DNA of 64,000 nucleotides, taken from positions 10,044,001-10,108,000 of the forward strand of contig JAGIQG010000016.1 in the NCBI GenBank assembly GCA_024679065.1. Reading direction: 5' to 3'. Shown here piece by piece: positions 38,701 through 54,369 of this stretch. The position numbers and the translations under genes are program-made. Below the pieces are notes generated by a model. The model saw only the letters and a program-made list of their open reading frames with translations. It did no database searches and was not told the origin of the DNA. Numbering within the stretch: the stretch's first letter is position 1; every line of letters begins with the position of its first letter. This stretch comes from Sphyrna mokarran (taxonomy: Eukaryota).

Positions 38701-41700
38701 CACTTTTGGGCAGTCAGTAAGGATATGAAAATAACACATACGCATTCTTCAACCGCATAAACAAATAGACAACCAGCATATTAAATGCAGGCATATGTTG
38801 AGAAGAATAGATAGAGAAATGCATAAGAAGTGTACACCTGTTGCATGAGTAATTATACTCACGTAATACGAAATAACTTTGCCAAGTGACGGTGATTTTA
38901 TTTCTTTCCGAGAAATTAAATTTGCAAACATATCAATGGAAGGCATAATACCATACTTAATAGAACATGTTGAAAGATGATAAATAAGAAATATCGTATT
39001 ATTTTGCAGTATTCATCAAAGAAAGAGAGGGATTAAGCGGTTGGCTTCCAACATGAGATTAAGTGTTTCCTTAGAATTGTTGACAAGTTGGAAACGAAAG
39101 TGAAGATACGGAAATTGTTCTTAAAACAACTGCACATCATCATCAAATGTGAAATGTTATTGATTACGATAATAAGGGAATAGGAAAAGCAAAGTGTCTT
39201 GTCAAGGATGGCTTTTAAATTTATAGTTCCATTTCGGGATGATGGAACTACATTGCTAAGACAACATTTGATTTGCCTTCAGTAGAACGAAATTTAGTTG
39301 GTGAATTACTTTGATTGACATCGAAACAGCAATATATGATTCACTGCCAACCCAAAACCGGCGATCGAACAAAAATTCATGCACATATTTGAGAAACAAG
39401 CGAAACAACCCGATATTATGAATGATTACATTTTCATTCATAAGGATTATTAAGTTGGTTATGCGTTCATTCTTTGAGTAATGCTGCCTTAAATGAACCC
39501 TGGGCTGTTTGGAAAACATCCTTAATCAAACTTTCATTGTGTGTGTGTGTGGGTGGGTTCGTGTGTGGAGAGGTGTGTTTGTGTGTGTGTGTGTGTGTGT
39601 GTTTCTGTGTGTGCGTGTGTGTCTTCCACTTGCGGTAACAGAACCTCACCTTTTCCAAGATGTCACTTAATCCTCGCACTTCAAGTTGTGTCTGTTGCAT
39701 GTATTGAACATGCTCTGTGCATGGTGTCAGGGTAGTCTGGAGAGTGTAATTGTTTGAGATTATTTGTATAGGGCCGATGTGAACAAATGATAATGTCCAG
39801 AGAACAAAGACAATACCAGCTCAGGAACAGGCAGCTCGACATTCCAAGTCTGCAAAGACATGGTGCTGGACTTAAGTAAAACTCCCTACCGTTCCAGGGA
39901 CAATATCCCTTCATTACCACCTATCCAACTACTTGTCAAGACACGTCTTAAAATTCACTGTCGTGCACCATCCTCTACGTACTCCATCAGCATGTTCCAG
40001 GCATCATACGTGGAAAAAAAGAACTGTCTCTGTACATTTTCTTGAAAACTTGCAACTGACATAAAAATCTATGCCCAGAGTAATAGATTCCTCCCCCCGG
40101 GAAGACTCTTCTGTCCATTCACTATGTCCATGTCGCTCAAAATCGTACAGACCTCTGTGGTTCCAATGAGAATAAACAAAGTTCCTCCTGCGTTAAACTC
40201 GTAATCGTTGCAACCGAAATGGCTTTCCCCATCTTGTGTTGTGACATTCAACACGTTAATCAAAATGACAAAGAATGCGGCTAATTTAAAACAAAAAAGT
40301 TAATTTGCGTGTCTTGCGTGCTGTTTACCCGTTGCACACTTTGCGAAGAAGTCAGCATACCATAAATCACAACATGATTTCAAAAATGATGCCTTTCATA
40401 TTACACCCAAATGGTCTCGCACATTGTCTCGATAAAATGCTATCCTCTACAACCTCCGAGAATTCATAAAAAACGTATTGCTTTGTTGTCGTTCGTGGGT
40501 AGAACTCGGTTGCCCAAATGTGTCTCAAGAGGACCAAGGCTAAAACATTTAATTGCGTTTCACACACTACCGTTGCTGTGTGGCCGCTGAAAGTTTGTCA
40601 CATCTGCTACCTTTTCTATTTGTTATCCATAGGTTGAGATACAAAGACACACAAGCTTGGAGTACACTTAACACATTCTCATTTCCGTACCACCGCATTT
40701 ATTTTTTTTTCTAAATCGCAGAATCACAACCGTCTGGTTGCATTAGTTTCAAAAATTTCTGTGCATGGATTTCAAATCTGTTTCAAAATTAACACCAAAA
40801 TATATTCTCTTTTTGGGATTCCATTAGTAATAAACCATACACTCTGCAATTGTTCATTCAATGCAATCAACTTACGGTCGCTTTTTGTTTGTCAAAAATT
40901 GATGACAAATCTCACGCAAAAATAATACAATTATGCAAAATAGCATCGATACCCTTGCCCGAGAAACGTGCACAGTAATCACTGTGGCGAGGTGCCACGA
41001 CATTTTAGTGATGAATTCCGTTTCAAACACTCTGGATCCTGTTGATGCACCTAAGGAATTTAAACGAATTTTAACGAGTATAGCCGGAGAAAACTCATGC
41101 AAACACACAAAGGAGTATCAGGTTCGACAGAGACAGTACCCATGTCTGAAATTGAACACAGTTCCCTCTCATGTTGATACTTTTTCACTAACTACTGTGC
41201 CATTGTGCGGTGTGAGCACATTCAAGAATTTTAAAAAAAAGATTGCATCTGTTATTTTGCAACGGAATATTTATGAATAATGCACAAGTTCTCGCATGTT
41301 CGAATTTGCTATTGATCGTTCGATGAGAAATTTATTACGTTAACACAGTTGTTTCTGACTATTCAGGTCGTCGTAACAAGAAATATTACGGACATCCTCA
41401 CTCAGTATAGGGGTCGATTTTCTTTCATTTTTGATCAAAAATAATAGTGACGAGAACATGTTGAAGTAAAATAAAAAAAAAACGTAACTTCAGAATGCCA
41501 ATTATTGTAGTTGGGAGAACTCCATCTAATTCTCTTTCACTCTACTTTCAATAAAATCATTACAAATTATCAAATAACGTAGTGAAAAAAGGAGGCACAA
41601 TGTTCCGATAAGGATTGAAATATTCTCCTTTACAGTTCAGTTATTTCATTAACGTTCAACATTGGATCTAAGTTGTGTATTGGTGAGTGTGTATGACTGC

Positions 41701-43760
41701 AACAAAATGGAAAATATTCAGATATTTTAATGAGTCTTCTTCTTCTTCTTCTTCTTCTTCTTCTTCTTCTTCTTCTTCTTCTTCTTCTTCTTCTTCTTCT
41801 TCTTCTGCTCCACAGATCTTCGAACGACCGACGATGGTAAGGGAAGCAAACAAACAAACAAAACAAATTCTGATTACAGGCACTCGGGAGAAATTAGCAG
41901 AAGTCGAACGATGCTGGAAAGTGCTCTTATTGCGTTTGAAGAAGGCACAGAGTATTAGATCATTAAAATGTTAACATTGGACATTTCAATTTTGACCTGG
42001 AGGAACAGGTGCACGATGGCTGGCGCCTATGGGTCACTCCAGAGTTACAGAATAGGGAACTTTGATTTGAGGAATGAAAACCAAGAACATTCCCTTGTGA
42101 GACTGCTAAAAAAAAATACTTAATGCAATCCTGTCATTGAAATTGTTGACCAATTGAAAATTTAAAGAAGGTACTCACTTTTTATCAATTTAACATCAAA
42201 TGCGAATCGTGTATTTCGCTTTATTGTGTTTCATATGTTACCAAAAGTCCTAAGAAAGCAGAATCTGTTCACTACACTGACTATATATATCTTATGCATC
42301 ACAGCTCTGGGAAAGTGTAGAAAGGGTAGGAAATATACAATGCATTATGGAGTACTTTGATATGTATTGGTTGTCATTTGCGAAATGGTTATTCGTGAAT
42401 TATACGAGATTGTTGTTTTAATATTCTATGCAAAATATAGCGTGTTATCAGTATCTTAATCAATGGTGGCAATGGTCATTGATGTCAATCGAACAAATGC
42501 GTGGAGAGTCGAATGCCATTTTCATCGATATTGCAAGAATATTTTTTAAAAAATGTCTTACTGGTAATGATTTGTGGATCTTTGACGGACAGAGAGACGA
42601 ACGTTTTCTTTAATGTGGGTGCAATATGAGATATGAATGTGAAGATAACAAATGAAGAAAACAACGCGTGACTTTGAACAAGTGAAGTTCATAACAGGAA
42701 TTTAGATTCGCATTTCAGAACCGCAGTCGTAGCTGGACTCCTGAAAAAAGATAATAAAAAATTCTAACAATAAAAAGAGGTCGGAAGAAGAACACAAATA
42801 ATACCGACAGCGGCTCGAACGAAAACAGGTGGCATGCTACTGTGCTTTGTCTGTTCGGAATTTGACGGCAAGGGGTGGTGCTGAGGGCACAATGATATGA
42901 TGGTATGCGTCACAACAGGAGAACGAACAACATACATTATTCAGCAGAGAAATACGTCCAGACAGACAAACGGTCACTTTTTTTTTGCTCTCCTTCACGA
43001 AATGCACCGAAGTTCTTCAGAGCCGGAAGTTTTTTTTTGTCAACAAAATGAAGCGCAATATTTTGATTGATGTTCTTTTTGATTCTGCTATCTCAGCTGG
43101 TAGCTAAACATTCACCATAACAACTTACAGTTCACAGGTCCGGTGAACTCACGCGACGATCGTTGTTAACTTCACGACTAACTCACAGGAAACAAATATA
43201 TATATGTGTGTTTGATACTCTCTGGAGAGTCATTGCAAACTCAACGGAAAAAAAAAAACTTGAACATTTCCTTTTAATTTCCAAAAACTACTCGAGTCAA
43301 GGAGCATAAATTAAACGTCGAATGCCATTGCAAACGTGTAGAGCGCATCAATAATCTTAGACAAACTAATTACGTGGCATAATTACTGTCCTGAACAAAC
43401 TGTAGCGCATCATACGACTTATTCTGACTTGTTGATTTCAGTTGAAGATTGACACCACTGCATGAATGGAACAGGAAAAAGTGTTTTTTTTTTCTTTTTG
43501 ATTGAACAGAAACACCACATGCATTCTGCTGATATTATTTATATTTTCCATGCATTCCATTTCCCCATCATGGCGGATATTATTGCTGTCTTTAGATCTA
43601 AAACATTGATAATTACTAAATTTGATAAAACAAAGTAATTGGGATAATAAAGCGGCCAAGCATCTCTGCACTTTTTATCAACACCAATGACATTCTCTTT
43701 TTTCCTTTAATAATCCATTCAGAATACATTTCTGCAATTCCAAATCTTTAGATTGGAGGT
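35705..43760 (-). pseudogene. EFCAB6: EFCAB6-like relic, copy 4
   Basis: Near-identical to copy 1; ends approximate. Confidence 0.75.
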
Positions 43761-43899
43761 CTTTGTGCACCATGAACAAAGTGTTATGTTATTCTCATCT
43801 TTCATGTCAAAGTTTACAATTAAAATTTGATGTCTTTTTTGGCATCTGTTTGCTGCTCATAACAACGGCTAACATGCACAGAGAGTACACAAAATTGTT

Positions 43900-45300
43900 C
43901 ACATGCCCCATAGATCTTAGAAAACGTGTCAGTAAGTGACACGTCCGGCAATGTGGATGGTTCCAAGTGCAAGTTGATAGAAATTCAGGACCAGCACATT
44001 CCTGTAAGGATGAAGGATAAGTATCGGTGTTTTGGGGACGTTGGATAACGAGAGGTATATTGTAAAGTGATCAAAGAGAAAAAGGAAGCATTTGTCAAAG
44101 CTTGGGTCAGGAAAAACGCAAACTTGTGTAGAATGCAAGGGAAGTAGCTGAAACGTAACCAAGGAATAAGAATTTGTACAAAGGGTCATAAAAATGCATT
44201 GGCCAGCAGGATTAGTATAAATCACTAAGTTTTTACACATATAAAAAGGGAAAGATGGTAGACTGGGAGAGGGATGGCCCATTCAAAGTCAAGGGAGGGA
44301 AACTATGTGTTGAGCCAAAGGAACTGTTCGAGATAGTACATGAGCACTTTATGTCAGTATTCACCAAAGGTAAAAATGGAGTGGATGATGACTTTGAGTA
44401 ATGATATGTATATAGTTTGAGACATGTTGCGATCAAAAAGAGAGGAATATTTTTTTTTTGACATACATTAGTGTAAACATGTTTTCAGGCCTGATGTTAT
44501 AGACCCAGTTTATTGAGAGAGGCAAGAGGTGAAATTGTCTTGAGAGAAATATTTGTATCATCACCAGCTATAAAGGAGGTCCCAGAGGATTGGATAATAG
44601 GCAGTGTTGTTCCTTTTCTTAAGAAGAGTATCAAGAATAATCTTGATAATTAAATGCTGGTAAGCCTTATATCAGTGGTAAAAACGAATCCTTTTTCGAG
44701 ACATGATGAACTGACCCTTGGAAATAAGTGGTCGAATTCGTGAGAGGCAATATGCTTTCGACAACGGGAGTCTTTTCTCACGAACTTGATCCAGTTTTTT
44801 TTTTCACGGAGGTGACGAATATAATTGATGAGAGTAGGACAGCGGATGTTTATGTGGAATTCAACAAAGCCTTTGACAAGGTCCCTCGTCACAGATTCGT
44901 ACAGAAGGTGAAATCAAATGTATTCAGATGTTAATTTGCAAAGTGGATGTAAAACTGGCTCGGTCAAAGCAGACAGAGGATAGTAACGTAAGGGTACAAT
45001 TCTGAGAGGAGGCCTGTGATAAATGGTATTCCTCAGGGATCAGTGCTGCAACCTTTGCTGTTTGTAATATATGATTGGGAAGACAAAACAAGGTTTGGTG
45101 GATGGGAGTTAGTGGTGAGGACCATCGGGGGATATAGCTGGATGAGATCAGTTGGAGACTTGGGTGGAGAGATAGCAGATGAAGTTTAATCCAGACAAAT
45201 GTAAGGTAATGCATTTATGGAGGTCTAATACGCGTAGGAAAAATACAGCTAATAGGATCTTAGTGAGGCCGCATTTGGGATCAAGCGTTTAATTCTGCCC
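43900..45300 (+). mobile_element. CR1 ORF2 fragment, unit 4 copy
   Basis: ORF 44728-44934 contains DVYVEFNKAFDKVPR. Confidence 0.88.
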
Positions 45301-45739
45301 TACTGTTAATAACACATTGGAACAGCAAACAAAACATGTTGCACTTGGAGTCAGAGACAGCATCTGAGTTTAAAGACAGTACCACGAGTCAGCAAGAAGT
45401 TTCAAATGGACGTAGAGTCAAACACGCATACAAAAAGGAATATAAACTTTGTCAGAACTATCTTGTGCTGACTAGGACTACGAAGTCGAAGTAATTCAGT
45501 TTGCGATCATTGCATTCATGTTATTATCTAAATGTTCTGTAAATGCACAACTGCACACAACTCTACCATCTCATGTGGCAACTTTCTCGTTTTGTTTGCC
45601 ACCAGTCAATCTACAAATGTGCCTCAAGCCCCTTTTAAAGATATAGGCCAAGAGTCTTTAAAACATTTGTATGCAATCGCCTGAACTTGAAAAAATCATG
45701 TCCCTCGCTACTCACCCGATTTGTGCCCATCATGATTTA

Positions 45740-47530
45740 ATGAACCCACATATAGATATACCTTCTTTCCCTAAGCTCCACAGGCAAAGGCATCATATTA
45801 TAATATCTTCGTCATAAATTGAATCTTCCGGATCCTCTCCAAACTAACACTCTCATTCCCATAGCAGAATGACGATTATTATACACGATATTCCAAATGT
45901 GACCTCACCAACGTCTTGTACATTTCAAACTTGACCAACTCCTGGATGCAATATTCTGACCCGTGGAGCAAGTGCTCAAACACACGATTCACTCCCACGC
46001 TGCTAACCATGAAATCGCTTTCATAGAACAATGTACCTGCACCACTGGGTCTCTCCGTTCCACAACATTCTCCTGGGTAAAACCATTGAAACTGTAAGGG
46101 ATGCCCTGATTTGTCTTCCCAAAGTCCAACTACTCACTTTTTTTTTCGGAATTAATCTCCAACTTTCATACCTTGTTCCACCAAAATAATTGATCAAAAT
46201 CCAGCTGCAATCTTCGATAACCTGTGTCACTGTTCACTTCAACACAATATTTAATATCAAACCGAATCTAACTGAGATTTCCCCCGTCTTGTCATATGAA
46301 TTAGTCACACAAATGAGATGCAACAGGGAAGCCAATATCATTCCCTGTGGACAATGTTAATTATAAGCCTCCAGTCCGTTAAAAAAACGTGTTCCTTCAC
46401 CCTAAGCACGCTTTCCGCAAGTCAATTTTGGACACTACTGGTTTGATATGTGTGAATCCTGTGCGCTATGATCAGCCTGATCAGCCTACTATGTGTTACA
46501 TTGTCGGAGACCTTGTTAATGAAGTTGATGTTCCACCACACTACTGGAATTAATTTTTAAATCATCTGTTCCAAACACTTTGTTTAATTTGTAGGGTATG
46601 ATTTTCCACGCACGAAGACATTCTGACTGTCCTCAGCCAGCACATACGCATCTACAAATACATGTATTTCATGTTCTTCAGAATGCCCTCCAAAAAGGCA
46701 ATCACCGCTGACGTCAGGCTCTCAAATTAGCATGTTAGTGTCTTTTACCTTGCACTTCTGTGAATAATGCCACAACGTGCGCTTCCCTCCCATCTTCCGG
46801 CATGTCAACCGTGCTTCTAAATGATAGAAATTCCACAGCGAGGTGTGCCATATTTTCCTCGTCTTCCCACAATGTCCTTAAGTATTGGTCTTGATTGAAG
46901 CACGGGATTTATCTATGTTTATACACGTGATATATCCGCGTTTATCAATTTTGTCCAGAGAAAGTATATATGTTTTTGGAGTATTGAATTCCAGCATCTC
47001 GTTTTTTTTTCAATAATGTGGACGGTTTTTTTTCAACACACCTCTCTGTACTTCTGCAAGTTCCCTAGCTTCATGCATTTTTTGTCATCATGATGACAAG
47101 TATTCACTGAGGATGTCAATCATCTGTTGCAGCCCCACGCAACGGCGAACTCGCTGGAATGGATGGTTCACAATCATTTCCCTCGTAACACTTTTGCACC
47201 ACCTATACTTGGGATTGTTTTGGGATTTCCTTCCCTGTTACAGCCAAAGCTCGGTCATGTACCATTCTTGCTCTTCTGATTTCCCAGTCAATTGTGCTAC
47301 GACACCAGCAATTTATTTCAAGGGATTTCCTTGATCCAATACGCCTATGCCGGCAGTTCTTAGTTTTATTGACCAAATTCTTAATACCGCTTGTCATCCT
47401 GCGTTCCCTGCGCTTTCAGCTTTCCCATTCACTCTACCCAGAACTTTGCTGGCTCTGAAATATCGTTATCTCCTTTTTGAGTCTCTACAATTACAGGATA
47501 ATCATCTACGAGTGAAAATCTCCCACAATT
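45740..47530 (-). mobile_element. CR1 ORF2 fragment, unit 4/5 junction
   Basis: Paralogous to 11400-13180. Confidence 0.8.
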
Positions 47531-47589
47531 AAGTATTGAAAGCGCATTTCTCTTCACAAACAAATGGGCCTGACCCAAATTAGATATCT

Positions 47590-50500
47590 AATCGATGGAC
47601 CTGATCTATTGTTTTCCACAATTCCATCACCATGATAATTATGTTCTCTAGTCACAAAGTGTCATATAATTGGCACTTCTGCTGTTGGTCATGGCTTATT
47701 TCGCCAAAAGAGTTGGAATTTATTCCTTGAATTAACATTGATTGTGTGTTTTTTTTTTCGTGAACATCCATCACTGTTTCGTCCCCAGGCAATCTCTTAA
47801 AACTATGGAAGTCCCAGTTTCAGTCATTCAAGATAAAACTCACTGCGATCAAACCATTATTTTTAACACAGTTGTCTTCTACCTCCCAGCATATTTATTC
47901 TTCTTGAAAGTTTATACGTGTTTAGCTATTAGTGTCACTCGCAGATTACATTAACACCGCTATGAAATTACTGCAAAAATCATCACTTGCCACACTCGAG
48001 CGCCTGACCAAATTCGACGTCTCCGTTGAGTGAGGAGAAAGGGGTGTCGGGCGATTGTTGGTGGAAAGTGGGGGCGTTGTCATGCAACCATCCAATCAAG
48101 GTATTGTGTCCTTTCTTATATTTCAGTTACATGCATGTGGTCTATTTAGACGATGCCTCAGTCATATTTTTTCTCTGTACTGCCGGTGATATTTGCCACA
48201 GCCAACACCGCAACTCTCCTTTCTCTCGTGTCTCTCCTTGAATCGTTTTGATAACTTATCCAAAACGAACATGGCACTTTCAGTCCCATACTCTCTGAGC
48301 CAGTTTTTTGAAAAGAGCTGTTATATGTCAATCATATATATATGCATTCATGTTCTCAATTATTCTGCCTTACCTGTCCGTTAATTTGCTCTGAAATAAA
48401 TGTAGTTTCATTCCTCCGTCTTCCCCACTTCTTTAACAAGCTCATGTCTGTCCTGTCCTTTGAAAATTTTCACTTTATGGTCCATTATTTGAATACTTCA
48501 TGGTAAGGGTTCATATTGTTGCTTCAAATTGACCATACATGAACTCCATGCAAATTCAATGTATCTCTGTATATTTACTTCAACATGCCTTTGCAGATAC
48601 CCCGGCTAATATGAGTTTTAATTGTGACTGTCACTTTTTTCAATATGTTATCAATGAAAAAATGTGCAAACTGCTCATTGGAGATTGTTTATCATTCTTA
48701 GAACTGAAAGTAGTCAAAGATGGTAAAGAGAAAAAATAACATTCTTCTATCTATGTTGTAAGTTATTCATTATTGATCGATTTCAGAGAGGTATTTGTTA
48801 GAAACGAATAAACGTGTATTTATTTAATTATTGTGTCCACAATGATCCACGTAAGATAGTCCAGCAATTGGATCACAACTCGAATTTGCATTCTGTCTTC
48901 ATGATTGGCGAAAGGCTAACCATTGTCTGTGAAAATCGGCCTTAATTTCAACGAGAGAACGAAAGTGTAATAAAAGGAATAATGTGAATCTCCTTTTTAA
49001 ATTACATTGGGTACAGCAGATGAATTGCGTTGCAAGCACAACATAATAGTCCTATGCAGCAAGGCATGCAAACTGAAAGATTTTGGAATAAAATATAAAG
49101 TGTAAAGAGGATAGTGGAGCTAAATTGAAAAAAACATGTGTAATCTTCCGAAATTGTCGAAGGGAAAACAACAACCGGCATTAGATACAGGGCAAAGAGG
49201 AGAAGTACAGGCATATGGTTGCTTCAAATGAAACGCCTAGTAACACGGACACTTTTGGGCAGTCAGTAAGGATATGCAAATAACACATACGCATTCTTCA
49301 ACCGCATAAACAAATAGACAACCAGCATATTAAATGCAGGCATATGTTGAGAAGGATAGATAGAGAAATGCATAAGAAGTGTACACCTGTTGCATGAGTA
49401 ATTATACTCACGTAATACGAAATAAATTTGCCAAGTGACGGTGATTTTATTTTTTCCCCGAGAAATTAAATTTGCAAACATATCAATGGAAGGCATAATA
49501 GCATACTTTATAATACATGTTGAAAGATGATAAATAAGAAATATCGTATTATTTTGCAGTATTGATCAAAGAAAGAGAGGGATTAAGCGGTTGGCTTCCA
49601 ACATGAGATTAAGTGTTTCCTTAGAATTGTTGCCAAGTTGGAAACGAAAGTAAAGATACGGAAATTGTTCGTAAAACAATTGCACATCATCATCAAATGT
49701 GAAATGTTATTGATTACGATAGTAAGGGAATAGGAAAAGCAAAGTGTCTCGTCAAGGATGGCTTTTAAATTTATAGTTTCATTTCGGGATGATGGAACTA
49801 CCTTGCTAAGACAACATTTGTTTTGCCTTCAGTAGAAGGAAAGTCAGTTGGTGAACTACTTTGTTTGATATAGAAACAGCAATATATGATTCACTGCCAA
49901 CCCGAAACCGGCGATCGAACAAAAATTCATGCACATATTTGAGAAACAAGCGAAACAACCCGATATTATGAATGATTACATTTTCATTCATACGGATTTT
50001 TAAGTTGGTTATGCATTCATTCGTTGAGTAATGCTGCCTTAAATGTCCCTGGGATGTTTAGAAACATCCTTAATCAAACTTTCATTGTGTGTGTGTGTGT
50101 GTGTGTGTGTGTCTTCCACTTGCGGTAACAAAACCTCACTTTTTCTAAGATGTCACTTAATCCTCGCACTTCAAGTTGTTCCTGTTGATGGATTGAACAT
50201 GCTCAGTGCATGGTGTCAGGGTAGTGTGGAGATGGCAATTGTTTGAGATTATTTGTATAGGGCCGATGTGAACAAATGATAATGTCCAGAGAACAAAGAC
50301 AATACCAGCTCAGGAACAGGCAGCTCGACCTTCCAAGTCTGCAACGACATGGTGCTGGACTTAAGTAAAACACCCTACCGTTCCAGGGACAATATCCCTT
50401 CATTCCCACCTATCCAACTACTTGTCAAGACACGTCTTAAAATTCACTGTCGTGCACCATCCTCTACGTCCTCCATCAGCATTTTCCAGGCATCATTTGC

Positions 50501-53500
50501 GGAAAAAAAAACTGTCTCTGTACATTTTCTTCAAAACTTGCAACTGACATAAAAATCTATGCCCAGAGTAATAGATTCCTCCCCCCGGGAAGACTCTTCT
50601 GCCCATTCACTATGTCCATGTCGCTCAAAATCGTACAGACCTCTGTGGTTCCAATGAGAATAAACAAAGTTCCTCCTGCGTTAAACTCGTAATCGTTGCA
50701 ACCGAAATGGCTTTCCCCATCTTGTGTTGTGACATTCAACACGTTAATCAAAATGACAAAGAATGCGGCTAATTTAAAACAAAAAAGTTAATTTGCGCGT
50801 CTTGCGTGCTGTTTACCCGTTGCACACTTTGCGAAGAAGTCAGCACACTATAAATCACAACATGATTTCAAAAATGATGCCTTTCATATTACACCCAAAT
50901 GGTCTCGCACATTGTCTCGATAAAATGCTATCCTCTACAACCTCCGAGAATTCATAAAAAACGTATTGCTTTGTTGTCGTTCGTGGGTAGAACTCCGTTG
51001 CCCAAATGTGTCTCAAGACGACCAAGGCTAAAACATTTAATTGCGTTTCACACACTACCGTTGCTGTGTGGCCGCTGAAAGTTTGTCACATCTGCTACCT
51101 TTTCTATTTGTTATCCATAGGTTGAGATACAAAGACACACAAGCTTGGAGGACACTTAACACATTCTCATTTGCGTATCACCGCATTTATTTTTTTTTTC
51201 TAAATCGCAGAATCACAAGCATCTGGTTGCATTAGTTTCAAAAATTTCTGTGCATGGATTTCAAATCTGTTTCAAAATTAACACCAAAATATATTCTCTT
51301 TTTGGGATTCCATTAGTAATAAACCATACACTCTGCAATTGTTGATTCAATGCATTCAATTTACGTTCGCTTTTTGTTTGTCAAAAATTGATGACAAATC
51401 TCACGCAAAAGTAATACAATTATGCAAAATAGCATCGATACCCTTGCCCGAGAAACGTGCACAGTAATCACTGTGGCGAGGTGCCACGACATTTTAGTGA
51501 TGAATTCCGTTTCAAACACTCTGGATCCTGTTGATGCACCTAAGGAATTTAAACGAATTTTAACGAGTATAGCCGTAGAAATCTCATGCAAACACAGAAA
51601 GGAGGATCAGGTTCAACAGAGACAGTAACCCATGTCTGAAATTGAACACAGTTCCCTCTCATGTTGATACTTTTTCACTAACTACTGTGCCATTGTGCGT
51701 TGTGAGCACATTCAAGACTTAAAAAAAATATTGCATCTGTTATTTTGCAACGGAATATTTATGAATAATGCACAAGTACTTGCATGTTCGAATTTGCTAT
51801 TGATGGTTCGATGAGAAATTTATTACATGAACACAGTTGTTTCTGCCTATTCAGTTCGTCATAACAAGAAGTATTACTGACATTCTTAATCAGTATAGGG
51901 GTCGATTTTCTCCCATTTTTGATCAAAAATAATAGTGACGAGAACATGTTGAAGTTAAATACAAAAAAAGCGTAACTTCAGAATGCCAATTATTGTAGGT
52001 TGGAGAACTCCATCTAATTCACTTTCACTCTACTTTCAATAAAAACATTACAAATTATCAAATAAGGTAGTGAAAAAAGGATGCACAATGTTCCGATAAG
52101 GATTGAAATATTCTCCTTTACAGTTCAGTTATTTCATTAATGTTCAACATTGGATCTAAGTTGTGTATTGGTGAGTGTGTATGAGTGCAACAAAATGGAA
52201 AATATGCAGATATTTTAATGAGTCTTCTTCTTCTTCTTCTTCTTCTTCTTCTTCTTCTTCTTCTTCTTCTTCTTCTTCTTCTTCTGCTCCACAGATCTTC
52301 GAACAACCGACGATGGTAAGGGAAGCAAAGAAACAAACAAAACAAAATCTGATTACACGCACTCGGGAGAAATTAGCAGAAGTCGAACGATCCTGGCAAG
52401 TGCTCTTATTGCGTTTGAAGAAGGCACAGAGTGTTAGATCATTAAAATGTTAACATTGGACATTTCAATTTTGACCTGGAGGAAGAGGTGCACGATGGCT
52501 GGCGCCTATGGGTCACTCCAGAGCTACAGAATAGGCAACTTTGATTTGAGGAATGAAAACCAAGAACATTCCCTTCTGAGACTGCTAAAAAAAATACTTA
52601 ATGCAATCCTGTCATTGAAACTGTTGACCAATTGAAAATTTAAAGAAGGTATTCACATTTTATCAATTTAACATCAAATGCGAATCGTGTATTTCGCTTT
52701 ATTGTGTTTCATATGTTACCAAAAGTCCTAAGAAAGCAGAATCTGTTCACTACACTGACGATATATATCTTATGCATCACAGCTCTGGGAAAGTGTAGAA
52801 AGGGTAGGAAATATACAATGCATTATGGAGTACTTTGATATGTATTGGTTGTCATTTGCGAAATGGTTATTCGTGAATTATACGAGATTGTTGTTTTAAT
52901 ATTCTATGCAAAATATAGCGTGTTATCAGTATCTTAATCAATGGTGGCAATGGTCATTGATGTCAATCGAACAAATGCGCGGAGAGTCGAATGCCATTTT
53001 CATTGATATTGCAAGAATATTTTTTAAAAAATGTCTTACTGGTAATGATTTGTGGATCTTTGACGGACAGAGAGACGAACGTTTTCTTTAATGTGGGCGC
53101 AATATGAGATATGAATGTGAAGATAACAAATGAAGAAAACAACACGTGACTTTGAACAAGTGAAGTTCATGACAGGAATTTAGATTCGCATTTCAGAACC
53201 GCAGTCGTAGCTGGACTCCTTAAAGAAGATAATAGAAAAAACTAACAATAAAAAGAGGCAGCAAGAAGAACACAAATAATACCGACAGCGGCTCGAACGA
53301 AAACAGGTGGCATGCTACTGTGCTTTGTCTGTTCGGAATTTGACGGCAAGGGTTGGTGCTGAGGGCACAATGCTATGATGGTATGCGTCACAACAGGAGA
53401 ACGAACAACATACATTATTCAGCAGAGAAATACGTCCAGACAGACAAACAGTCACTTTTTTCTGCTCTCCTTCACGAAATGCACCGAAGTTTTACAGAGC

Positions 53501-54230
53501 CGAAAGTTTTTTTTTGTCAACAAAAAGAAGCGCAATATTTTGATTGATGTTCTTTTTGATTCTGCTATCTCAGCTGGTAGCTAAACGTTCACCATAACAA
53601 CTTACAGTTCGCAGGTCCGGTGAACTCACGCGACGAGCGTTGTTAACTTCACGATTAACTCACAGAAAAAAATTAATATATATATGTGTGTGTGATACTC
53701 TCTGTAGAGTCATTGCGCAGTCAACGGAAAAAAAAACTTGAACATTTCCTTTTAATTTCCAAAAACTACTCGAGTCAAGGATCATAAATTAAACATTGAA
53801 TGCCATTGCAATCGTGTGGAGCGCATCAATAATCTTAGACAAACTAATTACGTGGCATAATTACTGTTCTCAACAAACTGTAGCCCATCATATGACTTTT
53901 TCTGTCTTGTTGATTTCAATTGAAGATTGACACCACTGCATGAATGGAACAGGAAAAAGTTTTTTTTTGATTGAACAGAAACACCACATGCACACTGCTG
54001 ATATTATTTATCCTTTCCATGCATTCCATTTCCCCATCATGGCGAATATTATTGCTGTGTTTAGATGTAAAACATTGATAATTACTAAATGTGATAAAAC
54101 AAAGTAATTGGGGTAATAAAGCGGTCGAGCATCTCGGCACTTTTTATCAACACCAATGACATTCTGTGTTTTCCTTTAATAATCCATTCAGAATAAATTC
54201 TGCAATTCCAAATCTTTAGATTGGACGTCT
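47590..54230 (-). pseudogene. EFCAB6: EFCAB6-like relic, copy 5 (deleted type)
   Basis: Near-identical to copy 3; ends approximate. Confidence 0.75.
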
Positions 54231-54369
54231 TTGTGCACCATGAACAAAGTGTTATGTTATACTCATCTTTCATGTGAAAGTTTACAAATAAAATTTGATG
54301 CCTTTTTTGGCATCTGTTTGCTGCTCATAACAACGGCTAATATGCACAGAGAGTACACAGAATTGTTCA

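Larger units (their letters stand above)
34329..46222. repeat. Tandem repeat unit 4 (long type)
   Basis: Collinear copy retaining the 2257-3589 segment. Confidence 0.97.
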